A stretch of DNA of 64,000 nucleotides from Octopus vulgaris (GCA_951406725.2 OX597818.1:122326001-122390000), one strand, 5' to 3'; positions 14,201 to 29,383 are shown, counted from the stretch's first letter. Numbers and translations: made by a program. The notes: generated from the sequence alone by a model not told the origin.

Positions 14201-14905
14201 CTTAGGCCAACAGGTTTTCGGGTCTGATGATACGCCATAAAGCTAAACCCATTATGGACAGAAAACCCAGGTTAATCCCATAAACCGGCCTTCTTGATTT
14301 TTAATATATATTTATATGTATATTCTCATAAGCCTTTGTGAAAATACTTGATACAATTTTACTTAGTATAAAAGAGATTTCTTTAAAGAATTATTTCAAA
14401 AGAGATCTATAAATTCTTCATCAGAACATCACTAAACTTTTCGGAAGAAGTTTTTTTGTAGTGTGTATGAGCGCTTTCGATTATCTTTTCAAACACACGT
14501 GTTTTGGGATAATGTATGAAAGAGGAAGTACATACATATATACATACATACTTATATACATACATACATACATGCATACATGCCTGCATACATACATACA
14601 CATACAAACGTACATACATACATACATACATACATACATACATACATACATACATACATACATACACACACACATGTGTATATAGGTGCAGTCACCAGCT
14701 GTCACTCGCAAGCGAGTATATCCTGGTTAGAGGTCCTGTGCTTTCGTTAGCTGTATTAAGTACATATGTTGTCGGAAGCAGACTTAGATCGCCCCCAATC
14801 TTTCATCCTTGACCCAGCAGCACATCCGGAATGTGACAGCTTGTGCGAGTCGGTGAGAGAGAGAGAGAGGGGGAGACAGAGAAAGAGTGAGAGTAAGAGG
14901 AAGAA

Positions 14906-14964
<59 letters not shown>

Positions 14965-15191
14965 TGCACCAGCAGCACTTCGGCTTGTACACGTTACAGC
15001 TGAGTAGACCTAAGCGACATCAAATCAACTTTGTTGTTCAAGGACAACAGATTGACCGCTTGAGGAGTGAAAACCTCTAAACCATTCACAGACACACACG
15101 CAAACATACGCATCGACTCACGTTATTCGGAATAAATGATCGGCGCTGGTTAACATGGTTTGTTCTATTTAGTTACGTCCGTTTTACATAT

Positions 15192-15370
15192 ATCTTTACT
15201 ACCCACAAGGGGCTAAACACAGAGGGGCCAAACAAGGACAGACAAACGGGTTAAGTCGATTACATCGACTCCAGTGCGTAACTTGGAAAGGATGAAAGGC
15301 AAAGTCGACCTCGTCGGAATTTGAACCCAAAACGTAAAGACAGACGAAATACGGCTACGCATTTCGCCCA
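15192..15370 (-). mobile_element. SINE family A, partial
   Basis: Reverse complement of the 7644 copy, with an internal deletion. Confidence 0.85.
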
Positions 15371-15731
15371 ATTTCGTCTATTTTATATAGTAGATTTATA
15401 TACCAATGGGCCTTCTTGAAGCCATTGCAGCTTATGTTTTAAGTATTGCTATTGTTGTTGCCGTTGCAACACATGTTATTACCAGTGGAGCTGTGGAGAC
15501 TCCATCCATGTTTTGCGAATGCTCCACAGTGTTGCATACATTTCTAAACCTTTACACTAATGTTTTTGGATACTTGAAATATTTTGAAACAAGCGAAGTA
15601 GCTGCTTGCAATATATACCAGGTGCTAATTGCATCGATAACCAGCTGTAAGAGGCTCTTCCTGGGGCTATAGAAGCGGCGATAATCATTGCTTCTTAAAT
15701 ATATTGGCTATATCTTTTATTTCCGTTCCAT

Positions 15732-16140
15732 ATCTTTTATCTTTTACTTGTATCAGTCATTTGACTGCGGCCATGCTGGGGCACCGCCTTGAAGGGTTTT
15801 AGTAGAAGATATCGACACCAGGACTTATTACCTTTTTGTTTCGTGTTGCACTTATTCTATCGGTCTCCTTTTTGCCGAACCGCTAGGTTACTGGACGTAA
15901 ACACACCAACATCGGTTGTCAAGCAGTAGTGGGGGACAAATACAGCCACAAAGATACACACGGAGATATACACAATACATATACATATACGACGGGCTTC
16001 TTTTAGTTTCCGTCTACCAAATCCACTCACAAGGCTTTGGTTGGCGTGGCGCTATAGTGGAAGGTACCACGCTGTGAGACTGAACACGGAACCATGTGGT
16101 TGCGAAGTAAGCTTCTTACCACATAGCCACACCTGCCCCT
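15732..16140 (-). mobile_element. tRNA-derived SINE family B (internal microsatellite, LINE-like tail)
   Basis: Reverse complement of 58337-58752 (gtggctatgtggtaagaagc...ggcggtgccccagcatggccgcagtc). Confidence 0.85.
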
Positions 16141-16461
16141 AGTTTAAAGTTGTTAGAATCATAATACACCAACTTGTTGCATTATCCTAAAAATGCGCAA
16201 AATATACTAAGCTAGGTACAGGTAGCATTGTATGGTTACGAATTTCTCTTCACGACCTCATGTATTTTGTTTTTGTTTAAGGCACTGTGGACACGTATCT
16301 CCCATAACAGAACTGAACTTACCGACGCCTTATGACTGAATTTGGTAACTGATGAAAATTAAGCCGAAGCGTATACGTGTTTGTGTTTGTCTCTCTCTGT
16401 TCGACAAAAGGGTATGGATTGTTTAGGTGTGCATAATCTAGCAGTTCGGCCATCAGTAACA

Positions 16462-16693
16462 TATTTCTTTATTACCCACAAGGGGCTAAACATAGAGGGG
16501 ACAAACAAGGACAGACATAGGTATTAAGTCGAATACATCGATCCCAGTGCGTAACTGGTACTTAATTTATCGACCCCGAAAGGATGAAAGGCAAAGTCGA
16601 CCTCGGCGGAATTTGAACTCACAACGTAACGGCAGACGAAATACCGGTAAGCATTTCGCCCAGCGTGCTAACGTCTCTGCCAGCTCACCGCCT
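16462..16693 (-). mobile_element. SINE family A, full-length
   Basis: Complete head-to-tail match to the family A copies. Confidence 0.9.
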
Positions 16694-17205
16694 TCGATAA
16701 CCGATTCAGTAAACGATTTAGCAAATACCAGGTTGAAAATACTGGGGTTGGTTTCTTCGATTAAACTTCTACATGGTCTTAATCTGAGTGTCTGGAACAA
16801 ATAAAAGAATAAATAACAAATAGAAATTCTTTATTATATCTTCGATTTTCTTTTATAACTGATGCTTGTTAATTGTGAAACACTTGATCACATACGTCTC
16901 ACCCCACCCCCCGCATATCCTTACAAACACATACACACCCACGTGGGGCTGTAGAATATACATAAATAGCTAGTAAGATCTGTGGAAATATTTCATTATA
17001 TAAATATTTATATATCTATTGTGGTGTAATTTATAAATCTTCATAACATTGCTTCACTATGTTAAACACTTTGCCGGGTTTCCTTCCATGGTGAAGCTTC
17101 TTTAAAGCAAAACACTCGAACAAATGGTGAGACAAGCCGGAAACCATTGGAGATAATTGTTATTATTGTTGCTGTTGTTATTCATTTTGATGTTCTTTGT
17201 CCCTC

Positions 17206-17614
17206 ACTCTTTTACTCTTTTACGTGTTTCAGTTATTTGACTGCGGCTATGCTACAGCACCGCCTTTAGTCGAGCAAATCGACCCCAGGACTTATTCTTT
17301 GGAAGCCTAGTACTTATTCTATCGGTCTGTTTTGCCGAACCGCTAAGTGACGGGGACGTAAACACACCAGCATCGGTTGTCAAGCGATGTTGGGAGGACA
17401 AACACAGACACACAAACATATACACACAGATATATATATATATATATACATATAAACGACGGGCTTCTTTCAGTTTACGTCTACCAAATCCATTCACAAG
17501 GCTTTGGTCGACCCGAGGCTATAGTAGAAGACACTTGCCCAAGGAGCCACGCAGTAGGAATGAACCCAGAACCATGTGGCTGGTAAGCAAGCTACTTACC
17601 ACACAGCCACTCCT
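17206..17614 (-). mobile_element. SINE family B, full-length
   Basis: Matches 18630-19042 and 58337-58752. Confidence 0.9.
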
Positions 17615-17717
17615 CACAATTCCTTCAGACTTATGACTAAAGGTATTCCAAACATAACTATTCCATTTTTTGTTCAGACTTAGCATACTTCTAAAACACA
17701 TTATGTAATGCAATATT

Positions 17718-18334
<617 letters not shown>

Positions 18335-18629
18335 GTGTGCATGTGGGTGTGTGTTCGTGTATTTTAGTCTGTATTTCCTGCCCACCACCATCGCTTAATA
18401 ACCGATGTCAGTGTGCTTACGTCGCCGTAACTTAGCGGTTCAGCAAAAATGACCGATTGAATAAGTATTAGGATTACAAAGAATAAGTCCTGGGGGTCTT
18501 AAGTGGTGCTCCAGCATGATTGCGAGCAAATGAGTAAAAGAATAACAGGAATAATAGAATACTGTCTGGTTCTTTTCATTGGTTTGAATTGTACAATAAA
18601 TAATATAAAACTTAACGAATTTACATCTC

Positions 18630-19042
18630 TCTCTTTTACTCTTTTACTTGTTTCAGTCATTTGACTGCGGCCATGCTGGAGCACCACCTTTAATCGAGCA
18701 ATTCGACCACCGGGACTTATTCTTTGTAAGCCCAGTACTTATTCTATCGGTCTCTTTTTGCCGAACCGCTAAGTGATGGGGACATAAACACACCAGCATC
18801 GGTTGTCAAGCGATGTTGGGGGGACAAACACAGACACACAAACATACACACACATACATATATATATATATACATATATACGACAGGCTTCTTTCAGTTT
18901 CCGTCCACCAAATCCACTCACAAGGAATTGGTCGGCCCGAGGCTATAGCAGAAGACACTTGCCCAAGATGCCACGCAGTGAGACTGAACCCGGAACCATG
19001 TGGTTGGTAAGCAAACTACTTACCACACAGCCACTCCTGCGC
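18630..19042 (-). mobile_element. SINE family B, full-length
   Basis: Head ggcgcaggagtggctgtgtggtaag on the minus strand; tail aaaagagtaaaagag. Confidence 0.9.
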
Positions 19043-19500
19043 CATCTCTCTCTTTTTTTTTTTCTAAAAATAACTCTTCGACGAGTGGCTCCAGTGAGAT
19101 TTGGTTGCTATTTCTTGGAGGTCGACTGACTTTGAAGATGCTGCTAGTGATAATAATTATATTGGTTTCAAATTTTGGCACAAGGCCTGCAGTTTCGGAG
19201 GAGAAGTAAGTTGATTGCATCGACCCCGGTGCTCAGTTTTTCGACCCCGAAAATATGAAAGGCAAAGTCAACCTCGGCGAAATATGAACTCGGGACGTAA
19301 AGGCAGACTTTAGTGATGATAGTAATATTGCTAGGAAGTATAATGATGGGAATACTAATCTTAGTTGTGATGTTGATGACGATGATGGTGTTGATGATGA
19401 TGATGATGATAATGTTGGCGGTAATGAGCATGGTGCTGGCTATAACATACATTGTAATTGATTATGCGGCGTCAGTTACTACTGGTACCTAGAATGTGCA

Positions 19501-19588
<88 letters not shown>

Positions 19589-19768
19589 GTGTGTGTGCAT
19601 ACATATATATAGGTATATATGTGTCGTGTGTGTATACACACACATGCATATATATATACATACACACACATATACATACATATATACATACATAAATACA
19701 TACATATATATATATATATATATGTATGTATTTATGTATGTATATATGTATGTATATGTGTATGTATG

Positions 19769-19799
<31 letters not shown>

Positions 19800-19844
19800 C
19801 ATACATACATATATATATACATATATATATACATACACACACAC

Positions 19845-19895
<51 letters not shown>

Positions 19896-20707
19896 TATGT
19901 ATATGTGTATACAGAGAGGGAAGAGAGAGAGAGAGACAGAGAGGGAGAGAAAGAAAGAAGAGAGAAGAGATGAGAAGAGAAAAACACCGGCACTTGATTG
20001 ACAACTATATTTTCAGTTTTTGTTTGTTTTTTTGTGCCCTTTCAACACTCCACGATCGATAAAACTTATACAAATAACTCTTATGCACAACTACTCGCTC
20101 CTAGTATTGGAATTAGGCCAAGCTGGGGCACCGCATCACCTTCAAGCATTTCAAGTCGATCGTATCGACTCAAGTGCGTGTGTCAGCTTCATACAATTTT
20201 TTTTATCAATATATATTTATCGCATGGGATGATTACGTTTTGACGTAAATTACAACTCGTCATACAGTTATATACAAACACAAATGTATACATATGTACG
20301 TAAATACATACGTACATACATACAGACATACATGCATACATACATACATGCAAGTAATGTATATGTATTTATGGTACTAATCGATCTCAGATGAAACCAA
20401 AGAAACCAGGCTTTCATTGGTTTTACAACTTGCCGGTAAATAACTATGTTCTGTTCATTTGTTTTTTCATATCAAAATGTCACTTAGTCATCCAATAGAT
20501 ATAGACTGATATGAATGTTCACTGATCTGAAATACGTAACTGAGTCGATATTAACAAGTTAAAGCCTTCGACTGCGGAACCCCAGTCTGGGCATACCCCA
20601 ATGGCTGAAACCAATAAAAGTGTAACTTGGGTGTAAATTTTATCCACTACGGAAGGAAGAAAGGGGTAAAAGTGAAATACAAATGGTCAACTATCTCTAC
20701 TCGCCCC

Positions 20708-20788
<81 letters not shown>

Positions 20789-20859
20789 TCTTCTTCTTCC
20801 TCTTCTTCTTCATCATCATCATTATCATCATCATCGTCGTCATCATCATCACCACCATC

Positions 20860-20959
20860 NNNNNNNNNNNNNNNNNNNNNNNNNNNNNNNNNNNNNNNNN
20901 NNNNNNNNNNNNNNNNNNNNNNNNNNNNNNNNNNNNNNNNNNNNNNNNNNNNNNNNNNN
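20860..20959. other. Assembly gap (100 N) with about 75 bp duplicated on both sides
   Basis: tatattcttcttcttcctc...caccaccatc appears immediately before and immediately after the gap. Confidence 0.95.
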
Positions 20960-21388
20960 TATATATTCTTCTTCTTCCTCTTCTTCTTCATCATCATCAT
21001 TATCATCATCATCGTCGTCATCATCATCACCACCATCATCACCATCATCTTCTCCTCCTTCTTCTTCTTCTTCTTCATCATCATCATCATCATCAACATC
21101 GTCATCTTCTTCTTCTTCTTCTACTTCTCCACCTTCCACCCCTTAACCTTGTCACTAATGTCTTTCAGTATAACGCCTACGCAAATTCCATAAACAATTC
21201 TTGAATTGAACTGCGACTACTGTCAGCCACTGACCATTCAAAATACGACCATCAAGGCATTCCCAGATTTCCCCACCCCCTCTCCACATCAGCTTCCTTA
21301 TTCTTCACCTACCCTACCAAGAACTCAAAACGACCTCGAACACACAAGTGCAAACAAGGGAGTCTATTTATGTATGTATGTACGTATG

Positions 21389-21437
<49 letters not shown>

Positions 21438-21466
21438 TTATGTATGTATGTATGTATGTATGTATG

Positions 21467-21545
<79 letters not shown>

Positions 21546-21959
21546 GTGTGTGTGTGTGTGTGTATATAGTGCACTGTTCGGTGATGGTAAGATCAATAAC
21601 TTACTTTTACTATCAGTCAATTAGGCCTTAAAATCACAGTCGCTACTAATCTGTCTTAAGTTAATTTTTTAGATGTTTCCCCTAGACCTGACCTCGTCTT
21701 ATGAACCCTAACATAAGCGCAACGAGAAACTTTCCTATATACATAAACAGTCTTGTAATCTCCACCCTTGTACAATTTAAAATCCTGATAGCTGACATTA
21801 GTAACAGAGTTTCTAACCTCTCTTCCTGTAAGAAATTTCCAGGAAATCAAGAAGGCAGCCTCACACTACAGTAATGCTCAGCCAGTTGTGGCTTTAACGA
21901 TAAATTAATATATAATCCCTGTAATATAATCGGAATAATAATATTAGGCCTAAAAACAG

Positions 21960-22900
21960 ATATAGGAAGATAATTTGGTTTGCCGTCTCGTTTTCCTTAA
22001 TGGCAAAACTAACATAGGTAAAAGATTCCTGTCACTCCTAGGCTAAGATTTTCCAGGAAATCAAAGGTACAGGAAAATATTTAACAGACGCTCAATGAAA
22101 TCATCATATCGATGCTGTCCTAATATGAAAAGCGTCGTTACACGAGAACAACACTAAGAACCTACTCCCAGTTGTAACTGTCGAGACCCAGGAACCTGTC
22201 CACTCGACCAGTGATGTATGATTGAATCCGTCATATATGAAGCAGACGTTACAACAACACTAGATGATACCAAAACCGATAAGAAGTGCTATATCGGACT
22301 ATGTGAAGACGAATTAAAAAATTCGGTATCGGATTTGAAGCTGAACGCCACACCGCATAAGATAAAGTGGAAATTAGCTGAAAAATCAACACTATATGTT
22401 AACGGATAAAAAAAAATCTAAGCTATGCGTAGATGAAAGAACATACATCTTTCTCAAATCTAAGAACGTTAACATACTGCTGAATTCCAGATCCGAAATT
22501 TTCAGTGGTTATAAGCATATGGCCAAGTTCCTGTTGACGAATTGGAAAGTGTCAACCTCTGCAGCCATGTATTTTACAGTTTAAGGCCATGTATTTTACA
22601 GCCATGTATTTTATAGTTTAAGACCAAATAACATTAATTCCTCTTTTTGCATTTTTCTGTTTTCTTTTTATCTTTCCGGTTTTTTAACTTACCCCATTTT
22701 ATATCTTCTTTCTCGCGTTTTCTCGATTGTTCACTTGTCCCATTAAATTTTTCACTCATCCCATTAGCTCCTTATGCTATGTGGGCAGTGATTGATGATT
22801 GTGCTTAGGGGAACAGACGTGTTAAAAACACTGTCTGGCTTGCTCCCATCACATGAAGCTAATAGTAGCACATAAAAACATGTTGTTTTTATTAAATAAT
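21960..22900 (+). mobile_element. Penelope-like element 3' part (RT thumb/linker, Zn finger, GIY-YIG), degenerate
   Basis: RKIIWF...NIGKRFLSLL, KIFNR..KSSYRCCPNMK, CNCRDPGTCPLDQ*CMIESVIYEADV...YIGLCE, KLCVDERTYI...LLNSRSEIFS. Confidence 0.85.
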
Positions 22901-22969
22901 ATATATATATATGTGTGTGTATGCGCGTGTGTGTGAACACATACAAATATATACATATATGCATATCTA

Positions 22970-23018
<49 letters not shown>

Positions 23019-23036
23019 CTGTCTGTCTGTCTGTTT

Positions 23037-23070
<34 letters not shown>

Positions 23071-23831
23071 CTGTCCGTTTGTCTGTCTGTCCGTCTATCT
23101 ATTTATCTATGGAAACAGTGCGTAGGTAAGAGCAAAATAAACTTAGCATTGATAACACAGAGCAGTGCTCAAATCGATGGGAACTTAAATTCCAACCTCT
23201 TTATCCAGGGGCCAGCACCTCTGTAATGAAAGTCGGCCATAAGAACAATCCTTAGTTGTAAGGTAGATAAAACACAAGCAGGCTTGCGTGATGCAATTAC
23301 ATGGAGCACAAAACATACAAATTATAAAGCAAAGAAAAAAATAACAAAAGATTAGAAGAATTATTAAAGGTCTTATCTCTACAGCTGTTTCAAGACGGTC
23401 ATAACTTATATAGCAACAATATTCATAAGCAATATGTGCATGGTCTCAAAAATATGCTGGAAATTTGTCGCTTATAGTTACATATATTCATGATCTTGCC
23501 TACACCAGGATTATGTTGTCGGAGGTTTTTAGGAGACGTCTTTCTAGCTTGTCTCTATTTGTTTCTACTCTTCTTTTGATATTAGTAACTTTGGAACTCA
23601 AACAACTTACTGTTTTTGCATACAATAGTGAAGTCGGCAAATATTTGTTGTTGCTCTTATTGATCTTCCTATTTGGTTTTGTCGTTATTGTTATTATTGT
23701 TGACACACTCTGTTACCGTCATTATTTTGCTGCTTTTGCCGTCCTTGTTTATGTTACATCTATCGTCTGGTATATCCATCACTCTCTCTCCATTCTTCTC
23801 TGTCCTTTCGTTTGTTGTTTGTTCCTTCTCG

Positions 23832-24105
23832 AGCCATGCCTGGCTCATAAGGGCCGGTTTCCCGATTTCATTGGCGTATAGGTTCCCCACCTGGACGGGA
23901 CGTCGGTCCGTCGCAAGTGAGCTGCTAGATGCAAGAGAAAGTTGTGGCGAAAGACTCAGCAGAAGCTCGCCATTACTTTGTGCCGGAGAAACGTGGAGCT
24001 TAGGTGTTTCGCTCATAAACACATACATCGCTCGGTCTGAGATTCGAACCCGCGATCTCTCAACCGCGAGTCCGCTGCTCTAATCACTAGGTCATGTCCT
24101 TCCAC
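23832..24105 (-). mobile_element. tRNA-derived SINE family C
   Basis: Minus-strand head tgacctagtgattagagcagcggactcgcggttgagagatcgcgggttcgaatc; related to 40516-40812. Confidence 0.75.
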
Positions 24106-24997
24106 ATGAGGCATTTAGAGATGCATAAATAAAAATAAGAGGCAAACCCATTTTTTGCTGCGTAAGTAAAAAAAAAAAGTGCCAGTAAAATGCGGGTGCG
24201 GGTGTAACAATAAAAAAATTCGGAAAAGGAAACAGTACGGATCAGTGAAATTTGTGCTTCAAAGGGAAGAAGAAGAAGAGAAAAAAGTACTTTATTGACC
24301 CTTATGTCAGACAGAAATTGAATTCAATTTCCACCTTTATGACTTCTCCTTCCACGAAAGTTATGATTCAGCTCCTATCAGTTAACATAGATTAGTGAAT
24401 GTGAGTCTAACGATGGAACAACGTGGGTGAGTAATAGATATTTTAGTCTTTCGCCTATGAGAAATACCGAGAAACTGTTGGAGATTACGAGACTAAACCA
24501 CAGCAGAATATTTTTCTTTCAATTACTAAACCAAGTTTAGGCGCAGGTTTGGCTGTGTGGTAAGAAGCTTGCTTCCCAACTACATGGCTCCGGGTTCAGG
24601 CCCACTGCCTGGCACCTCCAGCATTTCCTGGCTCTGCTTCTTTTTCCTTGGCGTTTGCTGTTGTTGTTTTCTTTATTGTTGTTTTTGTTGCTGTTATAGA
24701 TATTGCTGTTACTGTTGTTTTCTGTTGTGAATAATACGATTACCGCTTCTATTCTCAACCAATTTTTGCTGTCGTTCTTTGATGTTTACATTTTAAACGT
24801 TTCTATCTTCTGTAACATTATTTTTCTTCTTGTTTCTATTATTGTTGACACCATTGTTGTTGTTCCTGTTGTTGATGGTGATGAAATCGTTGCTGTTGTT
24901 ATTGTTCATACCAGTATCGCTTTCCGCCTCATACTATTAAACCGTGGTTAACATCGATTCGTAATCTATTTTATTTCTCACAAAAATGATTTATTAT

Positions 24998-25773
24998 TTA
25001 TTTACTGCCCACAAGGGGCTACACACAAAGGAAACAAACAAGGACAAACAAACGGATTAAGTCGATCATATCCGCAGTAACTGGTACTTATTTAAATCTA
25101 CCCCTAAAGGATCAAAGGAAAAGTTGACTTCGGCGGAATTTGAACTCAGAACGTAGTGGCAGAAGAAATACCTATTTCTTTACTACCCACAAGGGGCTAA
25201 ACATAGAGAGGACAAACAAGGACAGACAAACGGATTAAGTAGACTATATCGTACCCCAGTGCATAACTGGTACTTATTTAAATGGACCCCGAAAGGATGA
25301 AAGGCAAAGTTGACTTCGGCAGAATTTGAACTGAGAACGTAACGGCAGAAGATTTACCTATTTCTTTACTACCCACAAGGGGCTAAACACAGAGAGGACA
25401 AACAAGGACAGACAAACGGATTAAGTAGGTCATATCGTACCCCAGTGTGTAACTGGTACTTATTTAAATCGACCCCGAAAGGATCAAAGGCAAAGTTGAC
25501 TTCGGCAGAATTTGAACTGAGAACGTAACGGCAGACGAAATACCTATTTCTTTACTACCCACAGGGGGCTAAACACAGAGAGGACAAACAAGGACAGACA
25601 GACGGATTAAGTCGATTATATCGACCCTAGTGCGTAACTGGTACTTATTTAATTGACCCCGAAAGGACGAAAGGCAAAGTCGACCTCGGTGGAATTTGAA
25701 CTCAGAACGTAGCGGCAGACGAAATACGGCTACGCATTTCGTCCGGCGTGCTAACGATTCTGCCAGCTCGCCG
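24998..25773 (-). mobile_element. SINE family A concatemer: one full head plus three further 186-bp 3' units
   Basis: Junctions at 25165, 25351 and 25537 (period 186). Confidence 0.9.
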
Positions 25774-26585
25774 GTACAAAAAAGATTTGTTTTATTAAAA
25801 AATCTCAAAAATGATTTATTTTATTCAAACATCTTCGTAAAGATTAATATTTTTTTTTGCTTTGATAAGAGACATTTTTTCACGATAGACAGCGACTTAA
25901 GAGACTTAAGCTTTCACCATCCTATGGTTGATCCTCATTAATCTTCCCTCTCCAGACACCAACCTTGTCGCTGTTGTTACTAAATGTTAGTCAATACATT
26001 CCAAGCCGTAATGGGATAAATAACTGTGAATTTTATGAATTACAGAGATATATTCAGACTCGGTAAACCCATTTTCCACTAGAAAAACTCAAGCAATCAT
26101 TATGGCGAAATATCTGACTGCCGTTGCAGGAAAATTTCTGAATAAAGGTTTAAAATTACAGTGTCGATATTCACGACCAGAGAAGCTGTTGCTGTTGCTG
26201 CTGCTCATTCTACTACTACTACTACTACTACGGCTGCTGCTGCTACTGCTACTGCTGCTGCTGCTGCTGCTGCTACTATTGGTTTCAAATTTTGGCACAA
26301 GGCCAGCAATTTTATCGATCCCCATACGGATGAAAGGCAAAGTCGACCTCGATGGAATTTGAAGTCACCTGGCGGGCTAACGAATCTGCCAGCTCGCTGC
26401 TTTAACAACAACAACAGTAGCAGCAGCAGCAGCAACAACAACAACAACAGCAACAACAACAACAGCAGCAGCAGTTGATGCAGCAACAGCAGCAGCAACA
26501 GCAATGGCAACAACAACAATAGCAATTATTATCAAGTCAGCGAATAGGAAGTTTCGTTAATACGCCGGGCAAAGTAATAATAATA

Positions 26586-27165
26586 ACGAAATAATCTCAC
26601 ATGAAGCAAGCTGGCCCAAAACCACCACAAAAAGAGGCAGGATTACCTGGCTAAATTCGTCTACTGAAGGCCGTGGGAAAAAGTACGGCCTGAACAGATC
26701 ATGGAAATGGTGCGAACATGAACTAGAAGTTGTCACCCAGAACAAAGAATATAAGATACTATATTGCAATACCTGGGGATGCACACATAAATGACAAAGA
26801 ACAAGAACAGATTGAAAATTACAGACTACTAAAAGACGAAATTACAAAAATAGGGACTCTGAGGAGAATGCCTGTCATTTCAGTAATTATAGGGTTACTA
26901 TGAGCACTAATAACCAAGTTCGAGAAATATGTCAGAGAAATCGGAATTGACATGAGTGCAGAGCAAGCCCACCAAAACTGCTCTGCTAGGCAAAGCTAGG
27001 ATTTTGAGATTGGTACGTGGATGTTGAATGTCTCCCACGATAATTAACAACCAAAAGGTTATAATGTGCAAAAAGAGACCATGTGAGACCTCTTACTGCA
27101 GGTTGCTCTCCGCTCTCACAAAATCTACCAGAACAAACAACACCGAGCTTTCTGAGAAGTAAAAC
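26586..27165 (+). mobile_element. R4/Dong-like non-LTR retrotransposon 3' fragment (RLE domain), degenerate
   Basis: KYGLNRSWKWCEHELEVVTQNKEYKIL, IAIPGDAHINDKEQEQIENY..LKDEI, PVISVIIGLL; (TAA)/(CAA) repeats on both sides. Confidence 0.7.
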
Positions 27166-27486
27166 AACAACAATAATAATAGACGATAAGGAGAACACGA
27201 TGCGATTGCAATAGATTGTTTATTGATTTGTACAATATTTCGATAGCTCGTCTGTCTTCTTCAAGTTCAAAATGTAAAATGAAGAAACACAGTAATTTAA
27301 AAAGGTAAGCGAAGAAATCCACACCACCAGTCTTCAGTTTTGCAACTGGCAAAGGGAAAAAGAAAGAAAAAAGAAAAGAGAAAAGAAACAAAGAATATTT
27401 AGTCGAACAGTTTTGTGTAAATGTGATGAAACTATCCTGTCATATTATTCATTCATCCATGGCGTGATGTTTAATAACTCACAAAC

Positions 27487-28045
27487 ATAGCCGCAGGAGT
27501 GCACTTTTATCTGCATGCGCATTGTGAACTAAGACGTTGTCTTGGAGGAGGCGGACTTCTTTGGTCAGCATGCCACGCCTGTCTGCTTTGATGGTGTCCC
27601 GCAATTTCTGCAGCATAGAAGCATAATACTACCCGTTAATTGTGGTGCCCTTTGACATCCATCATCACTACTTCGTACTGGTCCCAAAAGGCTGTGAGCA
27701 TCACCTTGCCTGCAGCGGGTTGGACACTAGCCTCCTTTGGAGGTAGTGAGTTACCATGCTTCCATTGCTTCAATTGACTTTAGTCTCAGGATCATAGTGA
27801 TGGACCCATGTTTCATCATGTCTGCCAAAACAGTCCTCCTTGTTTGTTTTGTTGGCACATTACCAAAAGAGCCTGGGAGCAATTGACTCGTTCCTGCTTC
27901 TGAAAAGGTGTGAGCATCTGGGGACTCCTGCATGCAGACAACTTCCGCATGTGCAAATGGTCGTGAATGATTTTTTCCACGGACCCTACACTTATCTTCA
28001 CTTCTTGGGCTACTTTCCAGATAGTTATGCGGTGATCTTTCCGTC
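27487..28045 (-). mobile_element. Mariner transposase fragment related to 44620-45910
   Basis: VSSV/GSVEKIIHDHLHMRKLSA..PQMLTPFQKQERV, DETWVHHYDPETK, AAGKVMLTAFWD, LLQDN; truncated by a family A SINE at about 28045-28220. Confidence 0.85.
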
Positions 28046-28309
28046 TGTCATTTCGTCTGTCTTTACGTTCTGAGTTCAAATTTTGACGACGTCGACTTTG
28101 CCTTTCTCCATTTCGGGGTCTATAAAATAAGTTCCAGTTAAGCACTGGGGTTGATGAAATCAACTTGCCCCTCTCCCAAAATTTCAGGTCCTTGTGCCTA
28201 AAGCAGAAAGGGTCATTATTGAAGTGGGTAAAAGTGATGAACTGGCAGAATCGTTAGAACTGACAGAATCGTTTGCCGGACAAAATGTTTAGCGGCATTT
28301 CGACCGACT

Positions 28310-28690
28310 TTTCTCCTATCATTCCAGTTAGAAGCTTCCTCATCATAGGTAAACAAGCAATGGAACGATAGTTACTGGACTTGGTTGGGATCTTCTGGAT
28401 CAGCACTTTTCTTCCTTTGGCCATCCATTTTGGTACAATTCCTTATTGTACACAGCCTTGCAGGAATTTTCGTAGCCTAGGGTGTAAATTCATCAATTCT
28501 TTGAATAAAAAACCCTAAAGCAGGTCCAGGCCGACTGCCTTCCAATTTCTTATCCTACCAGATCCTGCTTGAATATTTTCCAACGTGATTGTAATAATCT
28601 CATCTATCTTCATGGCACTGAATTCTGTTTCCTCATCATGAAGACAGAATGCCACGTTATTGTGTTTGATATATTCCGACTACATCTTGC
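28310..28690 (-). mobile_element. R4/Dong-like RT N-terminal fragment
   Basis: RIRNWKAVGLD, GFLFKELMNLH, PKWMAKGRKVLIQK, SNYRSIACLPMMRKLLTGMI. Confidence 0.75.
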
Positions 28691-29383
28691 TCAACAACGA
28701 AGTTGATTCTGTGGGATCAGATAAGTCTGCCTCTTCATCATCATCATCATCATCATCATCAGGTCAGTGACACAAATACATACATACATTTGTGTACACA
28801 CGCACACACACACACACACACTCATATATATACGGCGGGTTTCTTTCAATTTCTGTCTACCAAATCCACTCACAAGACTTTGGTCGGCCCGAGGTTATAG
28901 TAGAAGACACTTGCTTAAGGAGCAACGCAATGGGACTGAACACAGAACTATGTGGTTGGGAAGCAAGCTTCTTACCACACAGTCACGTCTGTGCTTATGT
29001 TGTACAGAATATTTACTTCTTATTATCTGTTTGGACCACCTACCAATCAGAGATAAGCTGATGTGATTCTTAGCTTTTAAGTTAACACTCTAAGTATGAT
29101 ATTGCCTATTTTCTATGGTTTCACTTTCTCTCTCTGCTGTAACACTGTCAGTTAGCATTATCAATATATTTCAGCTATTAGAAATTCTTTGATCTCTTTA
29201 ACCTAACGCATCCAACCATTCCCAATGCGAGATCAAATGATATTTCATTCATCAAGAACTCAAATGACCACCCTATGTTGGAACAGTAACAGCATTGCTT
29301 CAAAATGGACCGACAAAACAAACCAACATTACGCTTTGCAACCGTTCAGAAGAGGAGAAACTGCTGCGAATTAATAATGATGG

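Noticed and set aside
20783-21040. Direct repeat flanking the N run
   Set aside because: Best explained as unmerged overlapping contig ends.
22185-22225. In-frame TGA near cysteines in Penelope GIY-YIG regions (also about 54261) as possible selenocysteine
   Set aside because: The TGA sits beside, not at, the conserved Cys; the 22-kb copy has other lesions and I identified no SECIS.
24998-25773. CRISPR-like periodic array
   Set aside because: The units are whole SINE segments with no unique spacers, there are no cas genes, and the context is eukaryotic.
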